The translations under genes and the position numbers were made by a program. Of a stretch of DNA of 42,342 nt, positions 23,972 to 32,414 are shown one piece after another (position 1 is the stretch's first letter; every line of letters starts with the position of its first letter). Location: assembly GCA_041486955.1 (NCBI GenBank), contig JBGPML010000001.1, forward strand, positions 1 to 42,342. Reading direction: 5' to 3'. This DNA comes from Patescibacteria group bacterium (GTDB taxonomy: Bacteria > Patescibacteriota > UBA1384 > 2-12-FULL-50-11 > DASWYB01). Below the pieces are notes generated by a model that saw only the letters and a program-made list of their open reading frames with translations, searched no databases and was not told where the DNA came from.

Positions 23972-25000
23972 ATGGAAACGCTTCCTATTAATTTAACTGA
24001 CATTAAATATGTTTTTTTATTGACGAGCCTGAGCTTTATTGTCGCTATGTTATGGACTCCGCTCTTCACCGATTTCCTATTTAAGAATCGTCTCGGCAAA
24101 CGGATTCGTCAGCATACCTTCGACGATAAAGAAGCGGCCCCCATATATTACAATCTCCATAAGAACAAAGAGAACACCCCGACAATGGGTGGATTACTCA
24201 TTTGGGTTACGGCCGCTATCATCACCTTAGTACTGAATCTTGACCGAGCCGGAACCTGGCTCCCTCTGTTTGTCATCGTTACGACCGGGGTCATCGGTGC
24301 CATTGATGACTTGATGAATATATACGGTGTTGGTTCGAAAAATGGCGGACTCAGGTTTTTTCATCGACTCGTATTGTATACCATAGTGGCACTCATCGGA
24401 GCATGGTGGTTTTACTACAAATTAGGTTTTAGTATTTTTCATATTCCCGGTTACGGCAATATTGATCTTGGTTGGTTTTATATTCCATTGTTTGTTGGTG
24501 TCTTGGTTTGGACAGCATTTTCTGCCAATCAAGCCGACGGACTTGATGGGTTAGCCGGTGGAGTCATGGCGATTGCCTTCGGAGCATTTGCCTTTATCGC
24601 GCTCTTTCAAGGCAAGGTGGCGCTAGCCGCATTCTGCGGGACGATTGTAGGATCAACATTGGCGTTTCTCTGGTTTAATATTCATCCAGCACGATTTTTC
24701 ATGGGCGATACCGGAATTATGCCGCTCGGTATGACGTTAGCGGTAATAGCGTTTCTGACTAATAGCGTGTTTGTCTTACCGATTATTGCTATTGTTCTCA
24801 TGGTTGAAGGATTGAGTACCATTCTCCAAATAGGTTCAAAAAAGCTTCGGGGCGGCAAGAAAATTTTTCGTTCGGCGCCGATTCACCACCACTTCGAAGC
24901 TCTTGGTTGGCCTGAGACAAAGGTCACCGAACGATTTTGGATTATTTCCGCGGTCTTTTCGGTTATTGGACTCTTTATCGCTTTAGTGGGAAAAGGCTAA
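23972..25000 (+). CDS. mraY: phospho-N-acetylmuramoyl-pentapeptide transferase
   Basis: KENTPTMGG, IGAIDD, NQADGLDGLAGG, MGDTGIMPLG and APIHHHFE motifs. ATG 23972 is preceded by AAAGG. Confidence 0.95.
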   Translation: METLPINLTDIKYVFLLTSLSFIVAMLWTPLFTDFLFKNRLGKRIRQHTFDDKEAAPIYYNLHKNKENTPTMGGLLIWVTAAIITLVLNLDRAGTWLPLFVIVTTGVIGAIDDLMNIYGVGSKNGGLRFFHRLVLYTIVALIGAWWFYYKLGFSIFHIPGYGNIDLGWFYIPLFVGVLVWTAFSANQADGLDGLAGGVMAIAFGAFAFIALFQGKVALAAFCGTIVGSTLAFLWFNIHPARFFMGDTGIMPLGMTLAVIAFLTNSVFVLPIIAIVLMVEGLSTILQIGSKKLRGGKKIFRSAPIHHHFEALGWPETKVTERFWIISAVFSVIGLFIALVGKG

Positions 25001-25005
25001 TAAAA

Positions 25006-25080
25006 AATGACGAAATCCAAATACCAAAATCTGAATCCAACGAGCCGATTTTCGTCATTTGGCATTTTGTATTCGTCATT
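25006..25080. repeat. AATGACGAA / TTCGTCATT inverted-repeat element between mraY and ftsW
   Basis: AATGACGAAAT at 25006-25016, GATTTTCGTCATTT at 25047-25060 (about a 13-bp stem with one bulge), and a third copy ATTCGTCATT at 25071-25080. Confidence 0.6.
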
Positions 25081-25088
25081 ATAACCCC

Positions 25089-26207
25089 ATGTCACTCGAT
25101 CGATTTCGTTCCAACAAAGCTAATCCAGACTTTACCTATATCTCACTTGCCGCTATCTTAGTTCTTTTTGGGCTCGTCATGATTTCTTCGAGCTCAGTTG
25201 TGGTCTCGTCAGAACGATTTAACCAAAATTATGCCTATGTCTTTAAACAGTTAACCGCTCTTGTTATTGGATTATTTGGAGCGGTTATTTTGTCGATAGT
25301 AGACTATCGAACTTGGCGTCAGTACGCAAAACCCTTCTTCTGGATCAGCGTAATACTTTTATTGATCGTTTTTATACCAGGGATTGGTAAGTCAGCCAAA
25401 GGGGCGGCACGATGGATTAATCTCGGTTCATTTCAGCTCCAACCTTCAGAATTAGTTAAGATTAGTTTTATCCTCTATTTTGCAGCCTGGTTAGAACAGA
25501 ATGGTAAATTAATAAAAACATTTAAAAAAGGTTTGCTACCCTTCGCGGGTTTGGTCATCCCATTGATTTTCATCCTGATTCAACAGCGCGATATGGGTAC
25601 TCTCCTTGTCATACTCGGTACGGCTGGGGCGATGTTTTTTGTCGGAGGGGCAACGATGACGCAAATTGGTCTGTCAGTGGCCTCAGGTATTGGAATGATT
25701 GGATTTCTCATCATGATTGAACCTTACCGGCTCCAGCGCTTAATGACCTATTTACAGCCTAATAGTGACAAACTTGGGTCAGGATATCATATTAGTCAGT
25801 CACTCCTCGCGATCGGCTCTGGGGGATTGTGGGGACGCGGCTTTGGTAAGAGCTTACAAAAATATCTCTATCTGCCCGAACCACACACCGATTCAATATT
25901 TGCCATTATTGTAGAAGAGTTAGGCTTCTTTCGCGCTCTTCTTGTCTTAGCAGTGATAGGGCTTTTTGCCTACCGTGGCTACCAAATAGCGGCTCGAGCT
26001 GGGGACGATTTTGGTCGGATGGTCGCGTTTGGGATTACCACCGCTCTCCTTCTTCAAGCCATTATAAATATCGGGGCAATTCTCGGCATATTGCCACTCA
26101 CGGGTGTACCATTACCATTGATTAGTTATGGTGGAACATCTCTCATTGTAATGTTATCGGCGATCGGTTTGGTAGTTAATATTTCCAAACACGGCTACGG
26201 AAAGTAA
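25089..26207 (+). CDS. ftsW: SEDS-family peptidoglycan polymerase FtsW
   Basis: About 10 TM helices. GARRWINLGSFQLQPSE, PEPHTDSIFA and PLPLISYGGTS are SEDS signatures. ATG 25089 is preferred over the track start at 25059, which lies inside the repeat. Confidence 0.92.
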   Translation: MSLDRFRSNKANPDFTYISLAAILVLFGLVMISSSSVVVSSERFNQNYAYVFKQLTALVIGLFGAVILSIVDYRTWRQYAKPFFWISVILLLIVFIPGIGKSAKGAARWINLGSFQLQPSELVKISFILYFAAWLEQNGKLIKTFKKGLLPFAGLVIPLIFILIQQRDMGTLLVILGTAGAMFFVGGATMTQIGLSVASGIGMIGFLIMIEPYRLQRLMTYLQPNSDKLGSGYHISQSLLAIGSGGLWGRGFGKSLQKYLYLPEPHTDSIFAIIVEELGFFRALLVLAVIGLFAYRGYQIAARAGDDFGRMVAFGITTALLLQAIINIGAILGILPLTGVPLPLISYGGTSLIVMLSAIGLVVNISKHGYGK

Positions 26208-26211
26208 TAAC

Positions 26212-26252
26212 AATGACGAAACCCGATTATCGAATGACAAAATTCGTCATTT
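26212..26252. repeat. AATGACGAA / TTCGTCATT inverted-repeat element between ftsW and murG
   Basis: AATGACGAAA at 26212-26221, GAATGACAAA at 26232-26241, AATTCGTCATTT at 26241-26252. Confidence 0.6.
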
Positions 26253-26302
26253 AGCATTTAGATTTCGGAATTATCTTTGCTGTGCTTTATAATGAACATA
26301 AT

Positions 26303-27418
26303 ATGAAGGAAAAAAATTCCAAAATACATCATTCAGTTTGGCTGGTTGGCGGAGAGACCGCAGGTCATATTATGCCGCTCTTAGCGGTCGCAGAAGAGTT
26401 GAAGCATAGACATCCTCAAATACGACTGACCTATATAGGCGATGGTCAGGGGAGGGAAGCGACACTGGCGCGTCAAGCGGGAATACATTTTGTGTCCATT
26501 CAGAACGGAAAGCTTCGACGCTATTTAACTTTTGGCTCTATTCTACTTAATATTCGAGACTCACTTTTAGTTCTCATAGGTATCGTTCAAAGTTATCGCC
26601 TGATTAAGAGCAAAAAGCCCGACCTAATTTTCTCTAAAGGTGGACCAGTTGCGCTTCCCGTTGCTCTAGCCGCAGCAGCAACTCATACGCCACTCATTAC
26701 CCATGAATCCGATGTTGTCATGGGGATCTCAAATCGTCTGATTGCTAACTTTGCTTCGACTGTTCTGACGAGTTTTCCCGCGGCTTTCTATCCAACTCGT
26801 TTTGCCCACAAGATTAAATGGGTTGGGCTGCCTTTGCGCCCAGAATTCTGCGAATCACGACATACCACTCACCATGGCAAACCGATGGTTCTCATTACCG
26901 GCGGAAGCCAAGGGGCGATGGCAATTAATGAGATGATCGCCTCGATTTTACCAGATCTACTTCAGTCTGCTTCGGTTATGCATATTGTTGGTCCTCAATC
27001 CTATAAAGAATTTAAAGCGATCAAAGATGGCTTACCCGATGAAATTGCTGATAATTATGGTGTGCTAGATTTTACGCCGGACATTGCCGAATACATGCGC
27101 GAAGCGACGGTTGTGGTAACACGTGCCAGTTCGACGATTTTTGAATTAGCAACATTAGAAAAGCCGATGATTCTTATCCCGCTGCCAAGTGCGGCAAATA
27201 ATCATCAGCTCCAAAACGCCGAACTGTTTGTCCGTTATAATGCGGCTATACTTTTAAACCAAGAAAATTTGACGCCTTCTCTGCTCTATGAGACGATCAA
27301 CTCGCTTTTACACGATCCAAAATTACGGACCGAACTTAAGAAAGGAACTCGCAAGTTTAACTGTTGCGATTCATCTGCGCAGGTCGCAAATCTCATAGTA
27401 GATATAATAACTCAATGA
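26303..27418 (+). CDS. murG: UDP-GlcNAc:lipid I GlcNAc transferase MurG
   Basis: VGGETAGHIMPLLAV (G-loop), ITGGSQGA, and a C-terminal region with the NHQ..NA motif. ATG 26303 is preferred over GTG 26282. Confidence 0.9.
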   Translation: MKEKNSKIHHSVWLVGGETAGHIMPLLAVAEELKHRHPQIRLTYIGDGQGREATLARQAGIHFVSIQNGKLRRYLTFGSILLNIRDSLLVLIGIVQSYRLIKSKKPDLIFSKGGPVALPVALAAAATHTPLITHESDVVMGISNRLIANFASTVLTSFPAAFYPTRFAHKIKWVGLPLRPEFCESRHTTHHGKPMVLITGGSQGAMAINEMIASILPDLLQSASVMHIVGPQSYKEFKAIKDGLPDEIADNYGVLDFTPDIAEYMREATVVVTRASSTIFELATLEKPMILIPLPSAANNHQLQNAELFVRYNAAILLNQENLTPSLLYETINSLLHDPKLRTELKKGTRKFNCCDSSAQVANLIVDIITQ

Positions 27419-28818
27419 TTTCTTATCAATCAGTCCATTTTGTCGGTGTGCTGGCTCCAGAAATGGCTAGTCTGGCTTTTTTTTCAGTCGCATTGGGAAT
27501 CCAGGTGAGCGGTTCGCATGATGTCTCTCAGTCAATCTATCTCGACGAGCTCAAAAAGGCCGGCGTTACCTTTTACGATATGTATGCTCAAGTAAATATT
27601 GGAAAATCGGTCGATTTGATAGTTATTTCACATTATTATGATCTGCGTCATGTAGAAGCTGAAGCTGGACTGAAGTTGAAGATTCCCGTCATGTCAGAGA
27701 CCGATTATGCTAAGTTGGTGAGTGAGGATTGTCGTCGATTGGCAATATTGGGCGATTATGAGGCTAAAATTGTTGCTTCGTTCTTAGCCCATACGTGGCA
27801 GAACGCGCGAGTTCCTGTTCGTGGACTAACCAGTACGATCACATCAGCACATGAAGAAATTAGCTTGGCTGTTGCGGAAGAATCGGATTGGTTTATGTTA
27901 CCTCTAACCGGGTTTAAGCGAGATGCAACCACCTACGAGGCTGACTTTCTGTCCTATGAAGCAGAAATTGCGATGATTCCGAGCATTCTTTACGACTACC
28001 CTGAATTAAATACCACTCTCGACGATGTCTATCAGTCATTTTATGCTTTCGCCAAGCGAGTCCCGCGAAAAGGACTGATCATTGGAAACAGTGATTATGC
28101 CCGCATGAAACGGCTACATGTCCACCTCGTCGATCGCCATATTGAAACATATGGATTTGACCGTGATGCGAAATGGCAAATTCGTGAAGTTACGGTAGAA
28201 AATGGTAAAACTGAATTTTTTCTTATTCATGACCGTCGTCGTTTAGGCCCGTTTATTATTCCTTTTGTAGGAGATCGATTTGTTTATGCGGCCGCTGCGG
28301 TGTGTATCATTTCGATGATTATGGAGCTGCGACCGGAAATCGTCTATCGTGGGTTAGCAACGCTTCCGCAATATAGTCGGTTTAATGATATTAAACATGG
28401 GAAGGAGGGGCGATTACTGATCGATGATCAGGCCGATCATCCGGCAGTGATTGAAGATTTACTTTCGACAATTCGAACACAATATCCAGAGAAAAAAATC
28501 TGGTGTCTTTATCAACCGGGATCATATTTACGGACTAAAGCATTGTTTAGTGAACTAGAAAAGGCCCTTTCTATCGCCGATTTTGTTTATTTAGCCGATA
28601 TCAAAGGCTACCCCAAAGAGAAATCAGAAGGGTTGCATATCAGACATCTCATTGGCGAAATGAAACGAACCCATCCTCAAACCTATTATTTTGATTCTGC
28701 AAGTGAAATGTCGCATCTTTTAGCTGATCGAGTTGCTTCGACTGATTGTATCGTAAGTTGTGGGGTGGAAGGGGTGTGCCAAGAGATCCTCAGTTCTCTC
28801 TTGCCGCAAGTTGCATAG
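27415..28818 (+). CDS. MurC-like Mur-ligase homolog with substituted catalytic motifs
   Basis: 467 aa, colinear with MurC: VHFVGV...VSGS, AEESD, DDQADHP, YQPGSYLRT. However the P-loop reads GDYEAKI instead of GTHGKTT, and the NIxxDH motif reads IPSILYDY. ATGA overlap with murG. Confidence 0.8.
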   Translation: MISYQSVHFVGVLAPEMASLAFFSVALGIQVSGSHDVSQSIYLDELKKAGVTFYDMYAQVNIGKSVDLIVISHYYDLRHVEAEAGLKLKIPVMSETDYAKLVSEDCRRLAILGDYEAKIVASFLAHTWQNARVPVRGLTSTITSAHEEISLAVAEESDWFMLPLTGFKRDATTYEADFLSYEAEIAMIPSILYDYPELNTTLDDVYQSFYAFAKRVPRKGLIIGNSDYARMKRLHVHLVDRHIETYGFDRDAKWQIREVTVENGKTEFFLIHDRRRLGPFIIPFVGDRFVYAAAAVCIISMIMELRPEIVYRGLATLPQYSRFNDIKHGKEGRLLIDDQADHPAVIEDLLSTIRTQYPEKKIWCLYQPGSYLRTKALFSELEKALSIADFVYLADIKGYPKEKSEGLHIRHLIGEMKRTHPQTYYFDSASEMSHLLADRVASTDCIVSCGVEGVCQEILSSLLPQVA

Positions 28819-29784
28819 ATGACTATCAGCGATCACGTTCCAATGCGAGAAATTGCTTGGTTTCAAACCGGAGGCGTAACGCATTACTATACTGTTTGTC
28901 ATTCACTTGATGATATCGTCACTGCAGTACGCCAGGCTGGAGCCCTCCAGGTGCCGTACCGGGTAATCGGTGATGGATCCAATGTTCTCATGAGCGATTC
29001 GGGCTACCCGGGATTAATTATCCAGAATCGAGCAACTTCAATGCTGTTTGTTCATGATCGCTCCCAAGTCATTGTCGATGCAGGTACCCCTCTCAGCCAT
29101 GTTGTGAGTCGGGCAATTTCATTAGGATATAGTGGTCTTGAATTTCTATCAGGTATTCCAGGTACTGTGGGAGGAGCGGTATATGGCAACGCCACGGTTG
29201 GCGATAGCCATATTGGTAATTATGTTAAATCTGCCACCTTGCTTTTCCCCCGTGAGAAAGCCCCTTCGTCCGGCATCATTCGTCGGATTGATCGCGAGTG
29301 GTTTGAATTTAGTCCTTATACTTCTCGGTTGAAGCAGATGCAGTCGATTGATCCGGAAATGTGTTTACCGATTATCTTGTCAGTTACAATCCAACTCTCA
29401 AAGATGAGTCATGAGACATGTTTACAAAAAGTTAAAGCAATTACTCCTCAACGATTGCCGAAGTTCCCAGTATTACGCCCGTTCAGTACGGTTCGTTTAA
29501 AACAGAATGGTGAACAAACCATCATAAATCATCCTGCTTTGACTCAGGCTATGCATTATGTTGATCGTGCACAAGTGAAGCAATGGCATATCGGCGCAGT
29601 TTCCGTTTTTCAGGATGATCCGAATTTTATAATTAATTCTGGTTACGGTGCGAGTAAACAAGCATGGGAGCTCATTCATCTGATGCAACACGCTGAAGCG
29701 AGTGATCTTCATCCGCTTCAGACTCATATTGAGCGGGTTGGGTTGTGGGATGACGAGAGTGATGATATTTCGGCTATGGTATGA
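28819..29784 (+). CDS. murB: UDP-N-acetylenolpyruvoylglucosamine reductase (MurB), divergent C-terminal half
   Basis: The FAD domain is clear (WFQTGG, VIGDGSNVL, GIPGTVGGAVYGNA). The C-terminal substrate domain is recognisable (NFIINSG) but divergent. Confidence 0.8.
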   Translation: MTISDHVPMREIAWFQTGGVTHYYTVCHSLDDIVTAVRQAGALQVPYRVIGDGSNVLMSDSGYPGLIIQNRATSMLFVHDRSQVIVDAGTPLSHVVSRAISLGYSGLEFLSGIPGTVGGAVYGNATVGDSHIGNYVKSATLLFPREKAPSSGIIRRIDREWFEFSPYTSRLKQMQSIDPEMCLPIILSVTIQLSKMSHETCLQKVKAITPQRLPKFPVLRPFSTVRLKQNGEQTIINHPALTQAMHYVDRAQVKQWHIGAVSVFQDDPNFIINSGYGASKQAWELIHLMQHAEASDLHPLQTHIERVGLWDDESDDISAMV

Positions 29785-29831
29785 TGAGCACATTGTAACG
29801 CGATATTTTTCTCACGAGCTAGATCATAACT

Positions 29832-30596
29832 ATGAGATCAAGAATTCATCGTATGCCCGGTCTTATGCCGGGAAAACCGCTGCCGAAAGAGCGGTCGTCC
29901 TCGAATCGGTATCGTTATATCGGTATAGTTTTGGTTGTCGGTGGAATTATCAGTGGGCTGTACTGGTTTTTCTTTCTTAGTCCAGTTTTTTCAATTGAAA
30001 AAATAGAAATCATAGGTTCAGATAATGAGTCAGTCCGGGCCGCTGCTGATCGATTGACTGGCGGAAATATTTTTCGACTGCACGCAACTTCTCTCGCTCA
30101 GACTCTGACTCAATCCTATCCGCCGATTGAGACTGTGACCGTTGTGCGCGGATTACCCCATGTGGTCCGAATTAATATCACCTTGCGACGACCGGCGCTT
30201 CGTTGGCAGATCAATGACGTGATTTATATCATCGATTCGGAAGGGGAGATTTTCGAGCAAGGTGATAAACCAGACTATGCAGATTTGCCTAAGATAGTCG
30301 ATAAATCCGGGCTGGCGACAGACATAGGACAAACAATTGTAACGCCAGAATTTATTCAATTTGTGACTGATATGCAAAAGCGGATTCCAACGCTATTCAC
30401 GCAAGCTTACCTGGGCAATGAAATTTCAGAAACGACATTTCATATCGATGCTTTGCTGCAAGGGGATATTCGTATCCGCCTTACCGCGCAACGTCCGTTA
30501 CAGGAACAACTTGATGCCGCGAAGAGTATTTTAGCAAAACATCCCGAAGCGAAAATAATCGATGTCAGAGCTACTCGTTGGGGGTATTGGAAATAA
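29832..30596 (+). CDS. ftsQ: FtsQ/DivIB-type cell division protein (TM + POTRA)
   Basis: 254 aa. TM helix YIGIVLVVGGIISGLYWFFFL followed by IEKIEIIGSDN... (POTRA-like). The position at the end of the dcw cluster fits. Confidence 0.75.
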   Translation: MRSRIHRMPGLMPGKPLPKERSSSNRYRYIGIVLVVGGIISGLYWFFFLSPVFSIEKIEIIGSDNESVRAAADRLTGGNIFRLHATSLAQTLTQSYPPIETVTVVRGLPHVVRINITLRRPALRWQINDVIYIIDSEGEIFEQGDKPDYADLPKIVDKSGLATDIGQTIVTPEFIQFVTDMQKRIPTLFTQAYLGNEISETTFHIDALLQGDIRIRLTAQRPLQEQLDAAKSILAKHPEAKIIDVRATRWGYWK

Positions 30597-30740
30597 TAGA
30601 AAATCTTTTATGAGCTTAGTAAGCTACCGTATGGTTAGATGATTACAAACATAAGTTGAATATATTCTAGGTTGCAGACCCTCACGCGCACGATGTTCAC
30701 GGGGTTCAATCTGAGGTATAATCGACTCGGAGGATGACAC

Positions 30741-32402
30741 ATGGTAAAAAACTGGCGCGATGGCCCACGAGTCACGACCGATCTCTTTTCGCACGTTGTG
30801 TCTCGAAGAAAAATAGATAATCTCGACACTTTTCTTGAGCCGCGTTTTCCGGACGATCTTCATGATCCGTTTCGTCTGACTGATATGGATCAAGCCGTCA
30901 AACGGTTTTGGCACGCTATCGAAGCCGATGAACCAATTGGCATTGTTGGTGACTATGATATGGATGGTACACCGGGAGCGGCGTTATTATCGCTTTTTAT
31001 AAACTTGGTAGCAAAACCTCCTCATGTTATCTTGCCTACCCGGGAAGAAGGGTATGGTTTTTCACCACTTTTTGTAGATCGCTTGCATGTCAAAAATGTA
31101 AAACTAATCATAACTGTGGATTGCGGTATCCGAAATAACGATACCGTTACCTATGCATCTTCTAAAGGAATTGATGCCATAATTATTGACCACCATGAAT
31201 GTGGAGCTGAATTGCCGGCAGCATCGGCCGTAATTAATCCCAAGCGCCCTCATTCAGATTATCCATTCAAAGAATTATGTGGCACAGGAGTAGTCTATAA
31301 ATTTATTACGGCGGCGATTGCTGTGGCTCCAAAAAGTAAGCAATCTGATATTCCCGCCAATTGGTTACCCTGGTCACTTGATTTAGTGGCTCTCGCGACA
31401 ATCGGGGATATGGTACCACTTATCGATGAAAACCGATTGCTCGTGCATTATGGTCTTAAAGTATTGCAGAAAACCCGACGACTCGGATTGCAACGTTTAT
31501 TTTCCGCCCTTGAGCTGGATATGTCCCGAATCAGCTACAGCGATATTGTATTCAAAATTATTCCGAAATGTAATGCCTCAGGTCGGATGCATAGTATGGA
31601 TGATGTCTTTATCCTTCTTCAGAGTAACGACATTAATGAGATTGATCGAGCGATTAAACAGATCATGTCTCGCGGAACGCAGAGTCAGCTTATTCTAACT
31701 AAGATGATGGAACAAGCGAAAGGTTTGCAATCTGAATCATCTGGATCGATCGTCTTGATCACGGGGGATGATTGGCATCCAGGACTAACAGGCGTGGTGG
31801 CTGGCCGTTTAACTGAGGAATGGGGGCGTCCGGTCGGGGTGCTGGCGAAGGTTACTGATGATACTTACCGAGGCAGTATACGAAGCATACCAGGCGTCAA
31901 TATCCCCGATTTGCTCGATTCTGCATCTGACCTGATTGAAGCCTATGGCGGACATGATCAGGCCGCCGGCTTAACGGTTCAGAAAGACAAAGTTGCCACC
32001 CTTCAGAAATTTTTAAGTACGGCTCCTATACCTGACGGTCCAGCGACACTCATTGAAACCGAAGGGACTATTTCGCCGGAGATTCTTTCAGTTGAGACGC
32101 TCGAGGCACTCGAAAGACTCATGCCATGGGGGATAGGTAATCCAGAACCACTATGGAGTCTTACCGGGACGACGATTACTCGCAGTCAATGGTTAAGTGA
32201 CGGCCGTCATCTTAAAGCGTGGCTGGGCGACAGAGTAGCAAGTTTATCGGTTATTTTCTTCGGAGCGGACACAAAACATCCACCAACTGAAGGTGTGGTA
32301 GATGTCTATGGAACATTAAGTATAAATGAATTTCGCAATCAGCGTGAACCACAAATGATTGTGAAAGGGATGTCATCAGCTCAATCGTTACAAATGATAT
32401 AA
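30741..32402 (+). CDS. recJ: single-stranded-DNA-specific exonuclease RecJ
   Basis: DHH motifs IGIVGDYDMDGT, TVDCGI, IIIDHH, GDMVPL and the DHHA1 motif GGHDQAAG. SD GGAGGA. A TATAAT at 30716-30721 lies upstream. Confidence 0.9.
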   Translation: MVKNWRDGPRVTTDLFSHVVSRRKIDNLDTFLEPRFPDDLHDPFRLTDMDQAVKRFWHAIEADEPIGIVGDYDMDGTPGAALLSLFINLVAKPPHVILPTREEGYGFSPLFVDRLHVKNVKLIITVDCGIRNNDTVTYASSKGIDAIIIDHHECGAELPAASAVINPKRPHSDYPFKELCGTGVVYKFITAAIAVAPKSKQSDIPANWLPWSLDLVALATIGDMVPLIDENRLLVHYGLKVLQKTRRLGLQRLFSALELDMSRISYSDIVFKIIPKCNASGRMHSMDDVFILLQSNDINEIDRAIKQIMSRGTQSQLILTKMMEQAKGLQSESSGSIVLITGDDWHPGLTGVVAGRLTEEWGRPVGVLAKVTDDTYRGSIRSIPGVNIPDLLDSASDLIEAYGGHDQAAGLTVQKDKVATLQKFLSTAPIPDGPATLIETEGTISPEILSVETLEALERLMPWGIGNPEPLWSLTGTTITRSQWLSDGRHLKAWLGDRVASLSVIFFGADTKHPPTEGVVDVYGTLSINEFRNQREPQMIVKGMSSAQSLQMI

Positions 32403-32414
32403 GGTAGATATTTT

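Noticed and set aside
30706-30716. Shared 11-mers: AATCTGAGGTA (30706-30716 and 37712-37722) and AGGTCTGTCCA (18846-18856 and 19540-19550)
   Set aside because: With ~42 kb compared against itself, on the order of a hundred or more chance 11-mer matches are expected (pairs/4^11). That is not significant without further support.
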